Source: Bdellovibrionota bacterium
GTDB taxonomy: Bacteria; Bdellovibrionota_C; UBA2361; JBGSMV01
NCBI GenBank assembly: GCA_041739995.1
Contig: JBGSMV010000047.1
Span: 128,001 to 192,000 of the forward strand
Reading direction: 5' to 3'
DNA: 64,000 nt
Shown here: positions 11,965 through 20,551 of the stretch, one piece after another
Layout of the letters: every line of letters starts with the position of its first letter
Numbering within the stretch: the stretch's first letter is position 1
Position numbers and translations under genes: made by a program
Notes under the pieces: model-generated
Told to the model about the DNA's origin: nothing
Database searches by the model: none
Seen by the model: only the letters and a program-made list of their open reading frames with translations

Positions 11965-13074
11965 CTATGAATCTCTAGTAATTACTTGCCCTTGCGAGAC
12001 TTCAAAACGTCGTACCGGACGCTCTCCAACAAGCATCTGTGGTGGGGTCGAAACACCCGTCACAAAGACCTGCCGACCGGTTCTTCGAACCTCACTGAGC
12101 AGCGTCGCGGTTCGCGTTTCGTCCAGCTCAGATTCAAAGTCGTCGAGAATAAGCACCGGCAAATCCCCGCGTTCTTCTTCAATCAGATCTACCATCGCCA
12201 GCTTTAGCGCCAACACCAAGCTGCGCGATTGGCCCTGAGAGGCAAAGGATCGAGCATCGTGCCCACCGAGCTCTAAAACATACTCATCGCGGTGTGGACC
12301 AAAGAGACAGGTGCGCTGACGAATTTCTCTGCCACGATTTTCCCCTAAATGTTCAGCAATTTGCTGCACGCTGAGCTCTTCCCCAAGCGAAGGAACAAAC
12401 CGAATGTTAAGAGCGCCGTCTTGTAGGGTCATCTCTGATAGACAAAGCCTGGCGCGTAGCTGAACGCGTTGAACGAACTCAGCACGAGTTGCGGCAAGCG
12501 CCACGCTGTGTCTGGCAATTAACGCATCGCAGGTGTCAAGTGCGGTAAGGTCTGGATTCTTATCCTTTAACACTTTTGATTTTAATCGAACCGCATGATG
12601 AGCCTCGAACAGCGCGGGCGCCACTGAAGGGAAGCAGTCGACTAGGTGCTTATCAAAAAACCTGCGCCTTAGTGCTGGAGCGCCCTTTACCAGCGCAATG
12701 TCGCCGGGCGAAAAAGTCACTGCGAGCAGCCTACCTAGTAACGCGCTTAGGGACGGGAGTGGCTCTTGGTCAAGATAGGCCGTTCTGGAACTTTTCTTTA
12801 CTACAATTCCAATGCGGTAAGTGTCAGCCTGCTGCTGCTTTTGCTCGGTGGTGATTTGGGAAAATACTGAACATTCCCCAGCGCCCCAGCGCGATAGTTC
12901 TTCCACCGAGGAGGTTCTAAAGGAGCGTGCGGTGGCAAGTAGGTGAATAGCTTCGACGAAATTGGTTTTGCCCTGGCCATTAAGGCCGACCAGAAAGTTT
13001 ACTCCTGGACCACAAGAAATTATTCCGTCGTGGAGGTTTCGAAACTGAAAAAATTGAATGTGATCAATGCGCAA
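11965..13074 (-). CDS. recF: DNA replication/repair protein RecF
   Basis: FRN, GLNGQGKTN, SFR, GPHRDE, ASQGQ, LILDDFESELD; lies between dnaN and gyrB. Confidence 0.95.
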   Translation of the reverse strand: MRIDHIQFFQFRNLHDGIISCGPGVNFLVGLNGQGKTNFVEAIHLLATARSFRTSSVEELSRWGAGECSVFSQITTEQKQQQADTYRIGIVVKKSSRTAYLDQEPLPSLSALLGRLLAVTFSPGDIALVKGAPALRRRFFDKHLVDCFPSVAPALFEAHHAVRLKSKVLKDKNPDLTALDTCDALIARHSVALAATRAEFVQRVQLRARLCLSEMTLQDGALNIRFVPSLGEELSVQQIAEHLGENRGREIRQRTCLFGPHRDEYVLELGGHDARSFASQGQSRSLVLALKLAMVDLIEEERGDLPVLILDDFESELDETRTATLLSEVRRTGRQVFVTGVSTPPQMLVGERPVRRFEVSQGQVITRDS

Positions 13075-13149
13075 GTGGTCCTGTCTCGCCGCGTAAAAGA
13101 AATATGCGTTTAGAGATTGGTCCTACTAAACTCACAGAAAATTTCAGGC

Positions 13150-14310
13150 CTATAGTCGCATCGGCATGACGATTGCGATTGAAGACTCATCCTGCTCCGC
13201 AAAGAACTTTCCTGGTCCCACCTCGCCGTTGAGTTCCAAGGTCATCGACTCGCATTCTCCCAGCGCATTCGCCACATCGAGTAAATACCCGGCATTAAAG
13301 CCGATTGTAGTAACGGCGCCATCATAACTAACTGGCAGCTCCTCTGATGCTTCACCTAGTTCTGGTGACGAACTAGAAATTCTTAATGCTCCAGGAGAGA
13401 ACGCGAGGCGTACGCCCTTCTCTCTGTCGGTAACAATCAACATTACCCGACGAAGCGCATGAGTTATCTCGTTGGTGTTCAACGTGGCTCTCACGCCCTT
13501 TTGTTGCGGAAGTACTTGGCTGTAATCAGGATACTGAGCTTCAATTAGACGCGCAGCGAGTTTGAACTCTGCGGTCTCAAGGAGAAAGAATCCTTCAGCT
13601 ATGCCAAACGCTACTTCTTTGTCCCCTTCAAGTTCCAATACACGACGAATCTCTGAGAGCGCCTTGCGAGGGACTATCACCCGACCATCAAACGACAATC
13701 CCGCCACTGGTCTGGTCGCTATCGCCAAACGATGTCCGTCAGTCGCCACCAATCGCAGCAGGGCGGCACCTCCAGAATCTTTCTTCTTCGCTTTGGGAGC
13801 CTTCGCAGATCCATCTACAAGATTCTCAAAACATACCCCATTGAGGTTGAATCTCGTTTCATCGAGAGAAACGGCATAGAGAGTTCTATTTATCATCTCT
13901 AGCAAAGAGCGTGCACTAACCGTGTCCGCTGCCTCACAGGCCAAACCTGGAAGCGTGGGGTACTCTTCAGCGCTCACTCCAACTATCTTGAACTTCGATC
14001 CCTTGGCCTGAACCTCAAGACGCTCTCCTTCTCCAAGGGTAAGACGAACCTCCCCATCAGGGAGCTCGCGAATGATATCAGTAAATACTTTTGCGTTTAC
14101 GGTCGTGCTGCCCCCAGACTTCACTGAAGCTTTCACTTTTGAAACGGCACTCAGCTCAAGATCTGAAGCAGATAACTTAATGCAGCCGGATTTTTGATCG
14201 ACGCTTATTAAAAGATTCGAAAGGATCGGCATTGTGGTGCGCTTTGAGACCGCACTTTGGACAAGTTGAAGCGCCTTACTAAAATCTTCTTTCGATACAA
14301 CAACGTTCAT
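13150..14310 (-). CDS. dnaN: DNA polymerase III beta clamp
   Basis: MPILSN, VATDGHRL, RLIEAQYPDY, IGFNAGYLLD, VMPMRL. Confidence 0.97.
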   Translation of the reverse strand: MNVVVSKEDFSKALQLVQSAVSKRTTMPILSNLLISVDQKSGCIKLSASDLELSAVSKVKASVKSGGSTTVNAKVFTDIIRELPDGEVRLTLGEGERLEVQAKGSKFKIVGVSAEEYPTLPGLACEAADTVSARSLLEMINRTLYAVSLDETRFNLNGVCFENLVDGSAKAPKAKKKDSGGAALLRLVATDGHRLAIATRPVAGLSFDGRVIVPRKALSEIRRVLELEGDKEVAFGIAEGFFLLETAEFKLAARLIEAQYPDYSQVLPQQKGVRATLNTNEITHALRRVMLIVTDREKGVRLAFSPGALRISSSSPELGEASEELPVSYDGAVTTIGFNAGYLLDVANALGECESMTLELNGEVGPGKFFAEQDESSIAIVMPMRL

Positions 14311-14356
14311 ATATTTACCTCACCGATACTTCACGCCGTAATGTTCGGTCTTCATC

Positions 14357-14621
14357 TATTATTAATTAATATATAGTAGCAGTAGTAATAGGCTGTCTTT
14401 TCTCTGTGAAGAAGAACATCAACCAACCAGATTTACGAGCGAATCCTGATATACATCTTGTTGGTAGCACGAGGAAAACATACCTCAGAAATCCACAGCC
14501 TGTGTGTAACAAATAGCCCTTCCCTATCTACAATCTAGTTACACCGGGTCTCCAAGAGCTTTTCCACAGCAATTACCGGAAAAAAATGAGTAATAATAAT
14601 AAGTTAATGTAATTATTCACA
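14357..14621. other. oriC: Chromosomal replication origin (oriC) between dnaA and dnaN
   Basis: AT-rich run at 14357-14375 and six DnaA-trios TAG TAG CAG TAG TAA TAG at 14374-14391 followed by GC. DnaA boxes: TTTTCCACA 14560-14568 and TTATTCACA 14613-14621 (both match TTWTNCACA), degenerate boxes at 14405-14413, 14489-14497 and 14501-14509. Confidence 0.88.
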
Positions 14622-14755
14622 ACGCAGCTCGGTCGTCTCGCCGTATGGGGGAAGCGCACTACTAGGTTCCGTTTTAAGAGCGCGCCCTCAGACTGAAGGA
14701 GTTGTCATCAAAGCCAGATAAAAATCCCAAGAAAAAACTAACTACTGAGCGAAAA

Positions 14756-16483
14756 TTACTGTGCAAGAAGACGGCGCTCAATCTCGCTTACGAGCTCACG
14801 CACCTTCTCATCTGAAGCAACCTTAGTTGAAACCACACCCGCAGCGTGAATCACACTCGAATGATCTCTATTCCCAAAATGCCCTCCGATCTCAGGATAC
14901 GAAGCGGTGGTATGCTTTCGACAAAGATACATCGCTATGTGCCGAGGAAAGGAAAGATTTTTTGTGCGACGCTTCGATATGATCTCTGACACCTTGATTC
15001 CAAAGTGCAACGAAACCGAACGCTTAATGTCGTCAACGGAAATACTGGTCTGTTTTGGTTGAATTAAGGGCTTCAAAGCTGCCGCAGCCGATTCAAGAGT
15101 GAGCTCTATTTTTTGAAGACTTGAGATGGCATGCAGGCGCGTGAGCGCGCCCTCGAGCTCTCGGACGTTCGATGAAATCTTCTCTGCAATGAACTGAGCG
15201 ACGTCTTGTGGTAGCGCAAAGCCATCGAGCGCAGCTTTTCTTCGGATAATAGCCACTCGGGTTTCAAAATCAGGCGCTTGCAAGTCCGCGGTAAGTCCCC
15301 AGGCGAAGCGAGTTTGAAGACGCTCTTCAAGGCCCGGAATATCTTGAGGGATCTTGTCTGAGGTAATTACTATTTGGTGCTTGGCATTATAGAGCGTGTT
15401 GAAGGTGTGGAAGAACTCTTCTTGAGTGCGCTCTTTACCGCACATGAACTGAATATCATCGATGAGCAGCAGCTCAACGTCACGCATCTTGCGTTTGAAT
15501 TCGTCCATCTTGGCGTTTCTAAGCGCCTGAATAAGTTCATTGGTAAATGTTTCTGACGAGAGATACACCACGCGCGCCGTGGGCTGGCGATCGAGCGCCG
15601 CATTTCCAATTGCATGTAAGAGATGTGTTTTTCCAAGTCCTACGCCGCCGTAGATAAAAAGCGGATTATAATTTTTGCCTGGCTCTTCGGCTACGCGCTG
15701 CGCAGCGGCATTACAAAACTGATTGCTGTTCCCGACAACGAAATTTTGAAATGTGTACTTAGGGTTGAGGCCTGCGCGCACGCGACGGTCGTGTACAGAG
15801 ATGCCGCGCACGGAGATGCGAGCTCCCTCAGTTCGCGCTCCTCCAGGCTGTACCGAGCCTTCGACCGAGTTTCCCAAAGAATTTCTAACTTCCGCCCTAA
15901 CAGGAGCTCTTCTTGAAGCAAGAGCTCCCAAGGAAGAGCCAATCGGCGAGAGCCCCCTGCCCTTTGACTCCGCAGAGGCGTCGCTACGACCCGCTGAAGC
16001 GCTCATGCGGTGACCACGAGCACGAGGAGCCTCATTTCCTTTCGATGAAGCATCGACAAGGAACTTCAAACCAAAAGAGTGCGCATCAATTTCTCTAAAA
16101 GCTTCGGCCTCTTGGCGCAATACGCACAGCAACACGTCTGAAAAAGTTCGCTCGACGTGGTTTCTAATGAAGGTTGAAGGAGCTGCAACAACGAATTCTC
16201 GCTTCGAAAGGCTTACTGAAGCTAGGCCAAGCGGGGCGACGTAGGCTGAAAAGAGATGATCGTTCATTTCCCGCCTTAGACGGGTGATGCTTCGAGTCCA
16301 AAGATCTTCGACGCGAGAGGAGGCAAGCCTGTCCCCAGAAGCTTTAATGGCTTCATGCCCAGGGGCAGACGCGGAGTCGACGACACCAGAACCTTGCAAA
16401 AGCAAGCCTGAGCCCGTCGAATCTGAATCCGCAACTTCCGGAATGCCTGAGCTTTCAGTCACCAGCACTTCTCCAAAGATCAA
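14756..16483 (-). CDS. dnaA: Chromosomal replication initiator DnaA (long domain II; exact start uncertain)
   Basis: LNPKYTFQNFVVG, YNPLFIYGGVGLGKTHL, LLLIDDIQF, SNVRELEGAL, RDHSSV. Confidence 0.98.
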   Translation of the reverse strand: MIFGEVLVTESSGIPEVADSDSTGSGLLLQGSGVVDSASAPGHEAIKASGDRLASSRVEDLWTRSITRLRREMNDHLFSAYVAPLGLASVSLSKREFVVAAPSTFIRNHVERTFSDVLLCVLRQEAEAFREIDAHSFGLKFLVDASSKGNEAPRARGHRMSASAGRSDASAESKGRGLSPIGSSLGALASRRAPVRAEVRNSLGNSVEGSVQPGGARTEGARISVRGISVHDRRVRAGLNPKYTFQNFVVGNSNQFCNAAAQRVAEEPGKNYNPLFIYGGVGLGKTHLLHAIGNAALDRQPTARVVYLSSETFTNELIQALRNAKMDEFKRKMRDVELLLIDDIQFMCGKERTQEEFFHTFNTLYNAKHQIVITSDKIPQDIPGLEERLQTRFAWGLTADLQAPDFETRVAIIRRKAALDGFALPQDVAQFIAEKISSNVRELEGALTRLHAISSLQKIELTLESAAAALKPLIQPKQTSISVDDIKRSVSLHFGIKVSEIISKRRTKNLSFPRHIAMYLCRKHTTASYPEIGGHFGNRDHSSVIHAAGVVSTKVASDEKVRELVSEIERRLLAQ

Positions 16484-17128
16484 AATCTACCAAACCCAAA
16501 CCTCTCTTGCCCCCAGTTAGGGGAAAGGCCGAATTTGCCCTGCGACTCTCTGGTCGCCTCATCAGCTCGAGGGGCTATGCAGCCAAAGCCCCACTTTCAT
16601 TACCGCGGCACCTTGCCGCACTTCCGTATTAGAGCTTCAAGTCTTCAAAACAACAGAAGATCCAATCACGCACCAACACAAGAACGTCGCCAGAACACAC
16701 AATACAGTACGCGCGGCTCGCCTACATAAAAGGCACCACGTCACGCAGAAATGCTGCTTTAAACGATTCTAGGCTGAACCAGATTGCAGGAACGCCCAAG
16801 TAGTGAAGCAAACCTCAAAGCCCCCGATCCAATCATGCTCAAACGAGCTGAGGCGCGAGCCTCGAGCGCCGGAGAAAACACATCGAACGGGAGCAATTGA
16901 ATTCGAGCGCTCTCGACGATTCGAGAACACCAAGTACCTAGGTTTCCCATCGATACACATAACCTATAGCAAAAACTAAAACTTAAGCTCAAAAAGCCCG
17001 GAAAAAGACACGAAGCGAGGACAGATGAGCGGAGGGATGCTGCGCGGAGGGATGCTGAGCGAAAAGAAAAAGATTTAATTCGACGCCACATTGAAGACTT
17101 CAACATTTCAGAGGACTTCAGTCTGTCC

Positions 17129-17218
17129 ACTGAGGATATTAACACTGAGGATCTCAACACTGAGGATCTCAACACCGAGGATCTCAACACTAAGGATCTC
17201 AACGCCGAGAGGCTCAGC
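17129..17218. repeat. 15-bp tandem repeat (ACTGAGGATCTCAAC, 5 near-identical copies plus 1 degenerate)
   Basis: Units at 17129, 17144, 17159, 17174, 17189 and 17204, with no spacers. Confidence 0.92.
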
Positions 17219-17601
17219 GCAAGAGAGATAGCTCGGCGCCAATTTGAGAAGTGCTGTAACATCAACTTCGGACTCAAAACGAAAGAAAGAAAGCAGTCTA
17301 ACTGAACTACGTAAGGAAGGAAGTAAATAATGCGCCGAATCATGTATTGAGTGTTTTTTCAAACTCTCAAACAAAACTCATCATCGATTCCCTACGCAAC
17401 ACAAACTTCAAACTTCAAGTTCATGTCGATGTAGCATGCATGTATAGTGAGGACTGAGAACTTTACAAGCGCGAACGAAGAAAAACTTTTTTGTCGTTCT
17501 AAAACAAATGAAATCAAATCTTTCCTTGGTTTCACTTTCGCAAAGTGCAAATCACTTAAAGTAAGATCGACGACAACGGCACGCGAAAGCGTGCGAACAA
17601 G

Positions 17602-18090
17602 ATGCAAATAGCGGAAAATTCAACGACGATTACCATGGATTCGGCACTCGAAATCGAGCGTAGCGCTCGCGTGGTGCTGCGCTGTTCACTTGTCGTCGCA
17701 ATCGGCACCTCTTTTCTTGGGTTGATGGCTTGGAAAGTGGGAGAGTTTCATTATTGGCGCGAGCTGTTTGTTGGAACGTCCTTCATGCTCGCTACCACGG
17801 CCTTCTATAGTGAGTTAGGTCAGACCCTCCTTCTACCAGGACGCAGCCTTATTCGATTGGGGGTGGTTGCTACGCTCAAACTTAGCCTGCTGACAGCGAT
17901 TATACTTCCGATTGTTGCCATCGAAGGCACCGGATACAGCAGTCTTTCGTCTATGTGGTTCGTGATAGGCTTCTTAACGCTTATCCCGACTGGAGTTTTG
18001 CTCGCATGGACGCTTTCTCGCCCGCCTCAGGGAAGTCCAGAAGTGAGAGGACCACAGGGCTCACCGCAAGTGGTGCCCGGCGCCTCTTAG
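17602..18090 (+). CDS. Membrane protein with about four TM segments, probable ATP synthase I-like protein
   Basis: Four hydrophobic segments and position directly upstream of atpB. The sequence itself is not strongly diagnostic. Confidence 0.55.
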   Translation: MQIAENSTTITMDSALEIERSARVVLRCSLVVAIGTSFLGLMAWKVGEFHYWRELFVGTSFMLATTAFYSELGQTLLLPGRSLIRLGVVATLKLSLLTAIILPIVAIEGTGYSSLSSMWFVIGFLTLIPTGVLLAWTLSRPPQGSPEVRGPQGSPQVVPGAS

Positions 18091-18190
18091 TTTCTCCTCT
18101 GCGTTGATTTTGTTTGGTCATTGCTGTAAAAAATCGGGGGCTTAAGCCGTCTCCCGGCTCTTAAATTTGAACTGACTTAAGGCGAACTTC

Positions 18191-18940
18191 GTGGCTGGAC
18201 ATCACACCTACTTTAGCTACCCAATCTCGTCGCTGTACCACGACACTGAAATTAGCAGCGTGCTACCGGATGTGGAGAGATTCGCCTTCGTCGCTTTCGT
18301 TTGTACGGCGTTGCTCTTTATTGGGCTGCGCCTTTCTCGCCGGTTGAAGACCAAAGAGGGACGACAGAACGAGGTTATTCCCCAAAGCTCCCTCAATCCC
18401 TTTTCTCTCTTTGAAGCGAGCGTTGAAATGTTCGCAAAGTTCTATGACACAGTTCTTGGTGGCCATGATGGCCGCCGACACTTGCCGTTCGTTTTTTCCG
18501 TGTTCATTCTCATTTTCACCTTGAACCTGCTCGGGCTTATCCCAGGCTTCCCCTCCGGGACGAACACCGTATGGTTTAACGTAGGCGTTGCTTTAGTAGT
18601 ATTTGGCTACTTCAACACTGTAGGCGTAAAGGAGCAGGGACTCGGGGGGTATCTCAAGCATTTTTGTGGTCCGATACTGCTTCTGGCTCCTTTCATGTTC
18701 GTCCTAGAGATTTTTAGCATCTGCCTTCGGGTGCTCACGCTCAATCTGCGTCTCTATTGGAATATAAAGGCCGACCACGACGTGGTCAGCGTTTTTACCG
18801 ACCTCTTGCCCCCGGGCATTCCAGTAATCTTCTACCTACTGGGAACTTTTGTATGTTTTATGCAGGCCTTTATTTTCTCTACGCTCACAATGGTGTACAT
18901 CCTCCTTGCCTCTCATCACGAAGAGGAGCATCAGCATTAG
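18191..18940 (+). CDS. atpB: F0F1 ATP synthase subunit a
   Basis: NLLGLIPG, essential Arg in LTLNLRLYWNIKADH, MQAFIFSTLTMVY, His-rich tail. Confidence 0.94.
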   Translation: MAGHHTYFSYPISSLYHDTEISSVLPDVERFAFVAFVCTALLFIGLRLSRRLKTKEGRQNEVIPQSSLNPFSLFEASVEMFAKFYDTVLGGHDGRRHLPFVFSVFILIFTLNLLGLIPGFPSGTNTVWFNVGVALVVFGYFNTVGVKEQGLGGYLKHFCGPILLLAPFMFVLEIFSICLRVLTLNLRLYWNIKADHDVVSVFTDLLPPGIPVIFYLLGTFVCFMQAFIFSTLTMVYILLASHHEEEHQH

Positions 18941-19069
18941 TCTGGGCGCGGCACGGTGTGTTCGTAGCGCGGTGTGATGTGGATATTAAAAGTGGCACGC
19001 AGTGGCAAATGTTGCGAAAGCAAATGTTGCGAATGATGGTGCTGATTTAGTGTAATGTTGGAAAAACCT

Positions 19070-19417
19070 ATGAAGAACAAATTAGTAAAGGGCATTAAGT
19101 TCTCCTCAGCTCTTCTTCTCTCACAGTTGCTTGTTGGACAGGCGCTTCTCGCTCCAGGAGTTGCAGTAGCAGCTGACGGCGCAGGCGGCTCTGACAATGG
19201 AATGATTGCGATCGGCGCTGCTATCGCAATTGGGCTTGCCGCTCTTGGTGGTACTCTTAGTCAAGGCCGAGCGATTTCCTCAGGACTTGAAGCCATTGGC
19301 CGTAACCCTTCCGCTTCAGGAAAGGTATTCGTACCGATGCTTCTCGGGTTGGCTCTTATCGAGTCTCTCGTGATCATTTCCTTCGTAATCGCGAACAACT
19401 TGGCTGGTAAGTTCTAA
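19070..19417 (+). CDS. atpE: F0F1 ATP synthase subunit c with signal-peptide-like N-terminal extension
   Basis: GLAALGGTLSQG, RNP loop, LALIES containing the carboxylate. ATG 19070 or 19055. Confidence 0.95.
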   Translation: MKNKLVKGIKFSSALLLSQLLVGQALLAPGVAVAADGAGGSDNGMIAIGAAIAIGLAALGGTLSQGRAISSGLEAIGRNPSASGKVFVPMLLGLALIESLVIISFVIANNLAGKF

Positions 19418-19472
19418 GACACTTAGGCTTAACTGTTAAGTTTTTTGGACTTAGCGAAAAGCGAAAATAGTG

Positions 19473-19503
19473 GGGGCGCTTTCAGTTTTGCTGAAAGCGC
19501 CCC
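19473..19503. terminator. Probable bidirectional intrinsic terminator between convergent atpE and trxB
   Basis: Perfect 13-bp stem GGGGCGCTTTCAG / CTGAAAGCGCCCC with a 5-nt loop. Confidence 0.75.
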
Positions 19504-19537
19504 TGCTTGTTTGCGACTTGCTCTAAAGCACTTAGAA

Positions 19538-20524
19538 CTATTCTTGGCTTTCTAACCAACGCTCAGATTCAATAGCTGCCATACAACCACTGCCGGCAGC
19601 CGTGACCGCTTGTCTAAAGATGTGGTCCTGTACATCTCCGCAGGCGAATACGCCCTCAACGTTTGTCGCGGTTGAATTTGGGCGTGGCGTTAAATACCCA
19701 TTCTCATCCATCTCTAAAGCGCCCTTAAACAACTGAGAGTTGGGCGTATGTCCAATAGCGACAAAGAAAGCATCAGCCTTAACCGTTTCCGTGCCACCAG
19801 AATCTGTTTTCTCTAACTCCACGGACTGAACGCCAGCCTCTTTTGAGCCAGTGATGGACTTAGGTGCTCGATTCCAAAGCATTTCTATCTTTGGATTTTT
19901 TAAGACGCGGTCCTGCATGATTTTCGAGGCGCGCAGCTCATCACGACGATGCACTAACAATACCTTGCTGCCGAAGCGAGTAAGGAAATTGGCCTCTTCG
20001 CAGGCCGAGTCGCCACCACCGACAACCATAATTATCTTTTCTCTAAAGAAGGCTCCGTCACAGGTTGCGCAGGTGGAAACGCCGTATCCCATCAGTTCTT
20101 TCTCTCCCGGAATGCCAAGCAATCGAGGTGCGGCTCCGGTAGCTATAATGAGCGCGTCGCAAGAATATTCAGCACTTGAACCTTTGAGAGTGAAGGGACG
20201 TTTTTTAAGATCGACGGAAGTAATTGTATCCACAGAGATTGTGGTTCCAAAGCGCTTGGCCTGGGCTTCCATGTGCTGCATTAGGTCAGGGCCCATGATG
20301 CCGTCAGGAAAACCGGGGAAGTTCTCCACATCTGTTGTGGTAGTTAGCTGACCGCCAGGAAGTGGACCGTGAACCAGTAATGGCTGTAAATTCGCTCGGG
20401 CACTATAAACGGCTGCGGTTAGCCCTGCTGGACCTGAGCCAAGAATCATTACTTTTCGGTGTTGGATTCCCGCTGCTTTGTTTGATTCAGCCTGGCTACC
20501 CTTGTGGTCTTGAGCTGATGACAT
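19538..20524 (-). CDS. trxB: Thioredoxin-disulfide reductase
   Basis: [48 protein letters not shown]. Confidence 0.97.
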   Translation of the reverse strand: MSSAQDHKGSQAESNKAAGIQHRKVMILGSGPAGLTAAVYSARANLQPLLVHGPLPGGQLTTTTDVENFPGFPDGIMGPDLMQHMEAQAKRFGTTISVDTITSVDLKKRPFTLKGSSAEYSCDALIIATGAAPRLLGIPGEKELMGYGVSTCATCDGAFFREKIIMVVGGGDSACEEANFLTRFGSKVLLVHRRDELRASKIMQDRVLKNPKIEMLWNRAPKSITGSKEAGVQSVELEKTDSGGTETVKADAFFVAIGHTPNSQLFKGALEMDENGYLTPRPNSTATNVEGVFACGDVQDHIFRQAVTAAGSGCMAAIESERWLESQE

Positions 20525-20551
20525 GTGCGAAGCTCCTCAGAAGAAAAATCT

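Noticed and set aside
17129..17218. Possible CRISPR array or iteron set
   Set aside because: Units are contiguous 15-mers with no unique spacers, and no cas or rep gene is present. It is a simple tandem repeat.
16759..17343. 194-aa minus-strand ORF with (SSVLR)n, and the opposite-strand (TEDLN)n frame
   Set aside because: The periodicity comes from the DNA repeat. There is no recognisable domain, and the plus-strand frame has no ATG after the stop at 16967-16969.
18993..19007. TGGCAC..GC as a sigma-54 promoter before atpE
   Set aside because: GG-to-GC spacing is 9 nt rather than 10, and the motif overlaps a tandem duplication.
19070..19417. Na+-coupled ATP synthase or novel c-subunit leader
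   Set aside because: Only part of the Na+ motif is present (Q, ES; no following T or Y). Signal-like extensions on subunit c are already known in related lineages.
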